Shown here piece after piece: positions 51,743-58,688 of a stretch of DNA of 58,688 nucleotides. Origin of the DNA: Perkinsus olseni. Taxonomy: Eukaryota. Positions within the stretch are counted from its first letter, which is position 1. Every line of letters starts with the position of its first letter. Where the stretch lies: positions 1 to 58,688 of the forward strand of contig JABANN010000163.1 of the NCBI GenBank assembly GCA_013115125.1. The letters are read 5' to 3'. The translations under genes were made by a program, and so were the position numbers. Under the pieces are notes generated by a model. The model saw only the letters and a program-made list of their open reading frames with translations. It did no database searches and was not told the DNA's origin.

Positions 51743-54700
51743 TTAGGGGGGAATGATCCAACAAACTCTGAAGAATCAGCTCCCCACTGAACTTCCAGAG
51801 GCGTTCCGTCAACAGCTGGTCAGCATCAGCTCGATGAGGAATCGCTACGAAGATTCTGTCTGGTTTCAGGGACCCGAGCTTGTTGGTACAACACGCGCGC
51901 CCGGAGTTTTTTGACCACATCGGTGGTGCGGAACAACAGCTCTGTTGATAGCTTTGACAATGCGCTTACACAGGACTAGGCGGTGGAGCCTATCGAACGG
52001 CTCCCGATCTTGGGATCGGGTCAAGTCTATGCCGTGTGATTCCTGCGGGACATAGAGCGTCGGTTATCATAAGGAGAAATCCTTACGTCGGCGATGACGC
52101 GGTCGGCCATTTCGTCTATACCATGCATGTACGAAGTCTGTACTACAACCTTCGGCGGTGTTATCCGTGTTGTAGCAGAACTGAAGGCATCACTGAGGGC
52201 TCGAGTGAGTAGCATCGTAGTTTGAGAGCAACACATCCGTGTATATATTCCCTTCTCCAGTCGAACTTCCAAAACGACTCGAGGAAACAAAGCTGACTGC
52301 TCTCCGTCATGTTATTCCTGGCGCAGATTCAGCGATGTAGTCCAGCGGAGTTTCGTTCTCCTCTGCCAAGACGCTCACTGCTGCTGACACGCGCTACCCG
52401 TAGACTATCGCACTAAATGTCCTTGCTGGTCTGAAGTTGCGTTTGTTCCGATGGAACTGCTCCCGTTTCTTGACCTCGGTGCGCTCCAGTTCGGCTCTGT
52501 GATTTGCCAATGCCTATCCGAAGCCTCGCACTACTGGCTCGGCTTCTGGTAGCCACTTCCAGCGACGTTTGGAATGCGACATACCTAAGAGGCGATGGTC
52601 AGCCGGAAGGTAGGGAAAGTTGAGATCTTTCAAGTCAGTTCTGCGTCTACTATGACTTTTGTGTACAACCTTCCCGACTCCGGCACGCTGACCGACACTT
52701 TTTCAGTGAGTACGAGATTCGAAGCCCGGCTGAGTTCTCGTAAAGTGATCGATCTCGACCCGAATATCACAACTCTGGCTAGATTTGCGCAGACGATCTA
52801 TCCCAATCAAAATACGTGGCACCTCCGCGGTGAAGGTGAGTTGAGGCGGTCCTAGAGTCAATAAGGGCTGCCCGTGGGCGTTAGTCGCCAATGCGGAAAG
52901 CATTCTTCTCGCCGAGCTGAGAAATAATCCACGCCGTCTAACGCACGGATTCCGGCATTCGGTTTGATTCGCCCATAACTTCAGGCGTCGACGAAGAAGT
53001 GTTTTTAGCTCACGTAGTCTACAAGTATGACGCGGGCAGTTCTCTGGACGATACATCGTAGGAGTCCTAAAGAACTGGAAGATGTCCAGACTGCCAAGCA
53101 GATACCTACAAGCATGGACAGTTGAAGAAGGCGATGGACCGTGGAGGCAAATTTTGAAGCGTTCTCTGTCGTGTCCGAGCGTGGTGATTACTATCCCCGA
53201 TAGAGGGCCATATGTGAGCAACCCCTCAGTGCTAGGCTTCGTGATGAGAGTATTGTCTTCGCCCAATGCATCTGACTCATGGCTTTGTACGTCCTGTGAT
53301 TGGCCCTGTCTCTCCGGATTCGGACTCGCTCTATAATCAGCTGAGCTGGAGTCGTGTAAATCTAAAGTTTGGAACTGACCCAGTTGCTAGTGCTCGCCTG
53401 TCTAGCCTTGGCCACGCTTTGACTCAGTAGTTCCGACCATCGGCGGCTGGTTTGGTATTCACACCTTCAGGGAGTCATGGGATTCTCATAAGCGTATGGT
53501 TCCATTGAGGTCGAGAATTCATTAGAATTCATGGTTGCATTAGACTTTCGAGCTCTCCTTTTTGTAAACCCTCCTAAACTCTTGTGAAGGATCAGTCTCA
53601 GCTGGATTCAGTTCAGGACCTGAATTCAGGTTTATGAAGCTCGTCCGGATGTATCTCCTGGGGACGGCCAGTTCCACCGAGAATGCAGCTGTACTGCTCA
53701 GAGGTGAACGTGTCTTCTGATCTGGCCCGTGACATTTCATTTTCAGAGTGGAGAACTGCTTACGAGCTCCGCAGTTCCTTTACATTGGTGCTAACGTTTC
53801 TGCGCCTCCACAGGAATCGCTGCACTTGACGTCAGCCAGCGGACTACTTCCTTCCAGTATGGTAAGTCGCGCATTCCTTTTTGTCGAAGGAAGGCTCAGT
53901 CACTCCATGCTCGCTGTGCTCTGGCTTGGTCTGTTGGTGGCGGTCGAGTCCAGATCGCAGCTGCACCCATCTTCTTTAGTACTCACTGCAAGATGGCTTG
54001 ACTGCACCGCTAGGAGTAGAGCTACTACGCGGGGAGGACTCACACGTTCGCGAGGTTGTGGTGAGTTCATCTATACCGCACCGTATGAGGCTGATGGTGA
54101 CGGCCCAGCCTTGGTCTTTGTCATGATTGTTAACTCAGCTGTTCGACCACAGCTGGCTGGAGTTCTCGCCGACGACATGGTCGCAAGATCAAATGGATGC
54201 TACTAGAAACTCGAGTGAGCTCTCGCCTCTGTAGTGCGTCCGTACCATAGACTGCAAACATCCTTATTAGTACTTATATACAGTGCGTATGAGCTCGCTG
54301 CCCTGTTTAGTTTGCTGTGATTCTCGCGACGCCTACCTCGGGAATGGTCCTCGGATATCCGACTTGGCTTCAGCTGCATGCCGAATAGCTCCGGTTGACT
54401 CGGCCTCTCCGAACAGGTAAAGTTGCCGCTATTTTTGCATTTCATGGTGTCTTGTTTAGCACTCGAGTGTTCAACAAGTGGGTCGTCGTGACTGACTCCT
54501 TTTGTGACGTGACTGCGCAGTACAAAAGCCTTCTTCTCTCGAGTAAGAATCCGCGAATCGCACCTGGAGAATAGGGCGTTACCCTTTTTCGGCGATTGAG
54601 CGCAGGCTTTCTCTAGGGGGTATCCACCTTTCATCGCCTCTCTGTCATTCATTGCACCTTCTTTTCTTGTCCTGTTCGCGTCCGTCATTCGCTTATTCCA

Positions 54701-57700
54701 GACGCCCGCGGCATGATCCTTCTAACCAATGGTACATCGTCACCTGCGACGGATTACCAAGTGAGAGTGGTCTGGTAAAGCCTGATAATACCAGCCTTCT
54801 TCTCTCAGGTATATGCCTACTCGACAGAGGTCTCTCTGATGACTATGCCATTGGTATGTCCGCGACTACTAAAACCTTTCCCAAAAAAATATTCGATTAC
54901 CGCTTAACGGTTTTCATAGTCGTTTTTCCTCTTTCCACGCCTGAATGCATCTAACATGCCCTAGCAGACATGAATTTCTAGTCATGACGGTGGTTGCACC
55001 GAGCTCGCCATCACATTTCTCTGCAGCTCGTGGTGAACTCGACAAGTACCATAGCAATCGAATTGGTAGAGAAGCTCAAGTCCGACAAGACGGTGTAAGC
55101 CCTGCTTGCTCTGGCATTCACAGAGTAACGACCCAGTCGCTCTGAGTCACGTCTCGGACGCAATATATAATTTTCGAGCGATGAATGCCCCTTTCTACCG
55201 CGTCCCCTCTCAGTCGACTTCCGCAGGACCGTCATCCTCGAAATCTGACTGCCCCTGACTCTATCTGAGGAAGCGCATTTTTCACCGATTGCCCACTTGA
55301 CGGCAGCAAGTTCTCTGTTCGATTCTAACCGTCTGCGCCTCGTTGAATCATGAAAACGCGTTGAGAGGTGCTCTCTAGGCAACTCACGGATGAAGCCATG
55401 CTTGGAATCACCCCTGGTTTGGATACGGTGTACTCAATCGAAGCAGGACTGCGTGTTTACGACACAGGGAAGAACCCTGATCAGAGCGATAGCGCTGCTC
55501 ATTACAAGGACGTCTTTAACGCCGATCCGGGCGGGGGACTTGTCATGTGGATGGAGCATAGTGAGTGCACCGTTCCAATATTCGGCTCCTGTCTTCTTCA
55601 CTGCACGAGAGAGGCATGTCTACGCTCGTCTTGGCAGGCGAAATACGACCTCTTCTCTTCGTCTGCATTCGTGACGAGGGTGATTCCCAGAAGTCAGAAG
55701 GTCGGATTCATATTTATGACACGACCAACCCTATGGTTGACATTCGACTTGTGAGCTCGACCCGTAGACACTCCGGTTGACTCTGTGCGTACCGCTCTCT
55801 CGGATTCTCATGTGTCAAGGCGGAAAACTCCTACGCGCATGAAGGGCAAAACGCAATATATTTCTTTACTGATATATATCCGGTGTATGATGCTATTTCT
55901 GAACCCTGATAATAAACAGGCTGTAACAAACAAAATGCAACACGCAGAAATAAGTTTACTATCCCGCCTTCAAGAATGAGGCCACTATGCCACGTGGCAG
56001 CAGCTGGAACTCAACGTATCGCTCAGACACTGGCTCTGTGCTTGCATTGTTCGACGGTTTTCGTACCGCATGGCATAATACTGTATGCCAGGCATAGTGG
56101 CCTCATAATGAGGCCCTCATTTTTGCATATCGCACTCATTTCGAGGCCGCATTTTGTTTATTTGTGGATTGTAAATCTACGTGTCGTATTTTGTCGCTCA
56201 CCGAGTGGGGTGAGTCGTGCCCTGCCGTCAGATTTACACCGTAACTGGCGATCTTAAGTGTAGAAAGAACGATTTTCATGATGTCCATATTATCGATAAG
56301 AGAGTAACTGAAGCCCAGTGCCCAGGTGAGACGTTTCTTGGGAGACGTGGCACTGGATTCTCTTTATTTCTTGTTTTCTAAGGAATCAACGCCCGACAGA
56401 TGTATGTCACAACGGTGCTCGATCCTAACGATAAGAACAGGATTTACTATTATGATACTACCGACATACGGAGTAAGTGAGAGCGGTCTTTGCCGCAAGG
56501 ACCTTATGTTTTTCGATCTTTGATTCTGTCGATGTCGCTGCTAGTGTGGAGCCGATTTTGTCACGGGAAGTAGGACGTCTCCCTCACAACTCATATTGAG
56601 AAATGTGCACTTGACATGATTAGATGGTTTCAGGTTGGAGAATGCTTCGGGAGGTTCATGCCGATTGGGAGTATGCATCTGATGGACTAGGGAACGTCAG
56701 GTAGGCTACAACGAGCCTCGTCGTTCCCGTCCCTACCGTCCGACAGCCGCGAGCTTTCGCTGTGCCGATGACGACATTCTTGCGTGCAAGCCTGCTGGTT
56801 GACGGCTACAATCTGGCTTTCTAATGTCTCCATCCACTACATAGTACTCCCAATTGTCTTTAAGTCTCTTCCGAGAAGATTCTAGTTTCACGTGAGCTCA
56901 TCTGCTATCTTCTCTCTTTTCGAACTCGCTGAACTCGTAATCCATCCTTCTCGAGTTGTGAAGCTGACTATTCGCTGACCAGGTACACTGTAGACGGCGC
57001 CTGGCATGCCGTTACATGGCACTGTGATAGCCGGTAAGCGCTCAATGATCACTCGATCCTATCCCCTTGCAACAGATGGTGTGGTGACAACTATGGCGAG
57101 AAGCTCTACTGGCTTCCCTCTTACTGTCCATCTCAGCTGTCTTCGTCTGCTCCGACCTCTCCGTTCGTTACTAACATACCGATTTCTAGAGGCAGTTTTG
57201 CCAAGGTAGACGCCCCTGTGTCTGAGGTCTGCCTTTCGCGTAACCGCGCGACTGCACAACGAAGCAAAACGGTGGGAGAGGCAGTCATTCAGCACCAATG
57301 GCTGCCACTAAATGAATGCATGGAGGAAAGCTCCATCAATAGCCAGGAGATGCTTTTCGCAGTTGATTTCATGCGTCAAATCTTTCCTCATTTTCCCTTC
57401 AGGACATCGCTTGTTCCATGTCTGGGATCTGCGCCGTGTCGATGACCTTCGATGGAGTCACCCTAGGTGGGATAGGTCGCTATTCTGTGCCATTCTGAAC
57501 GCTCTGTCCACCATGAAGTCGCGGAAATCACATAAAAGGGCTTCACTTCCAGCAGATTTAGACTACTGTGGGATACTTTATGAGAGAATTCCTAGATCAC
57601 CCTTGAGAAATTCCCTTGATCGTCACGCTGGGGAAATCAGTGGCCTAAGCTTGCACTTCCATTTTCCGATCTCAGTTGACTCCAATAACAACAGCAATCA

Positions 57701-58688
57701 GTTTGGCTTGCTAGCAGCACTAAAACAGGAGTCATCTTATTTAGATGAGCTTCGCAGGTGAATTCGGGCTCCCGTCCTGATCTCTAACCTAGATTCGCAA
57801 GCCGATTTATTACTCCCGCGGCTCGAATACGCCCTGTGAAAGTTAATGAACCCGCTGTTGTAGGACGTTGAAACTCAGCGCGACGGGGTGTTCTCGCTCC
57901 CGTTGGCGCATAACTACCCTCAACTGTTTCACTTTTTGGTGAAGACACGTTTCATAACGAGAAAGTTCATGGAATTTCTTGATAGCCCATCAGAAGATGG
58001 AAGATAGTCGCCTGTCCTAGTTTCTACACCTTCCAAGCAAATCCCTGGTTACGGCTGTTCGCTGGGGCGCAGAGGATCCTGGCCAGCAAGAAGTACCGAG
58101 ACACTTGGTAAGTGCTGCTCCCAAGTGCTGCCGCCTCTCTTCATGCCTACCTACCTTGGCCTTGGGTAACCCAAGTGCCTATCAGTGCCAGAGAATCACT
58201 AGCTCAACTCTTCGGAGTGTGATAGAACTCGGTCAATCATCGGAAGAGAGGATACTGAGCATCAAATATGACGTCTTCGGATTTTTCTCTAGCAAAAGTA
58301 GTGTAATGCATGATAAAAAACATGCAGTTTGTGGCAATAGTGCTTCATCGCAGCAATGAGACTGCAGACAATTTCCTCTTGAACAACTGGCGACTCCCCA
58401 GGTTCTACGAGTTCTCGACCAGGGCGTTTCCTAAGAAGATTTCTATAGCGGATCTACATGTTCATGAGTTGCAGTATAATTTGAACGACCGTACGAAAAA
58501 TTTTTTAGGACCTCACCGAGGTCCTAGAGAGCGTGAACCCTAAACGCGCGCTGCGCATGCGTGCATCGAGTTTGAAGTGTGCACGCAAGCACAAAGCGAT
58601 TTCACGGGCATCCTCCGTTCACAAGTTGTGGATTACAACGCTAAAGGTGCGGTCAGCCATGTTGAATCTCCCTTATAGTTTGTCGTCT

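Overview
Intron-rich eukaryotic protist DNA, most likely a perkinsid alveolate (Perkinsus-like). This assignment is inferred from the many ~45-nt GT-AG introns, an alveolate-type ion-channel/adenylyl cyclase, an IspF with a signal-peptide leader and a secreted subtilisin. Recognisable genes: AC-alpha-type adenylyl cyclase (+), a 76-aa ubiquitin-like domain fused to a small membrane protein (-), CCT2 (+), a CCCH zinc-finger protein (-), a PP1-family phosphatase (-), a helical-repeat (HPR/RAP-like) protein (+), ispF (+) and a frameshifted subtilisin (-), plus several hypothetical multi-exon genes. The most striking pattern involves tRNAs inside introns. Four full-length tRNA genes (3x Gln-TTG, 1x Cys-GCA) all lie antisense in introns, and one appears to supply the intron's 5' splice site. 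At least five decayed tRNA relics lie in the sense orientation in other introns. Also notable are apparent loss of the cyclase's catalytic Asn/Arg, the ubiquitin-like precursor fusion, and a 38-bp hairpin tandem array. Exon structures were assembled by eye, so gene ends are approximate where stated.
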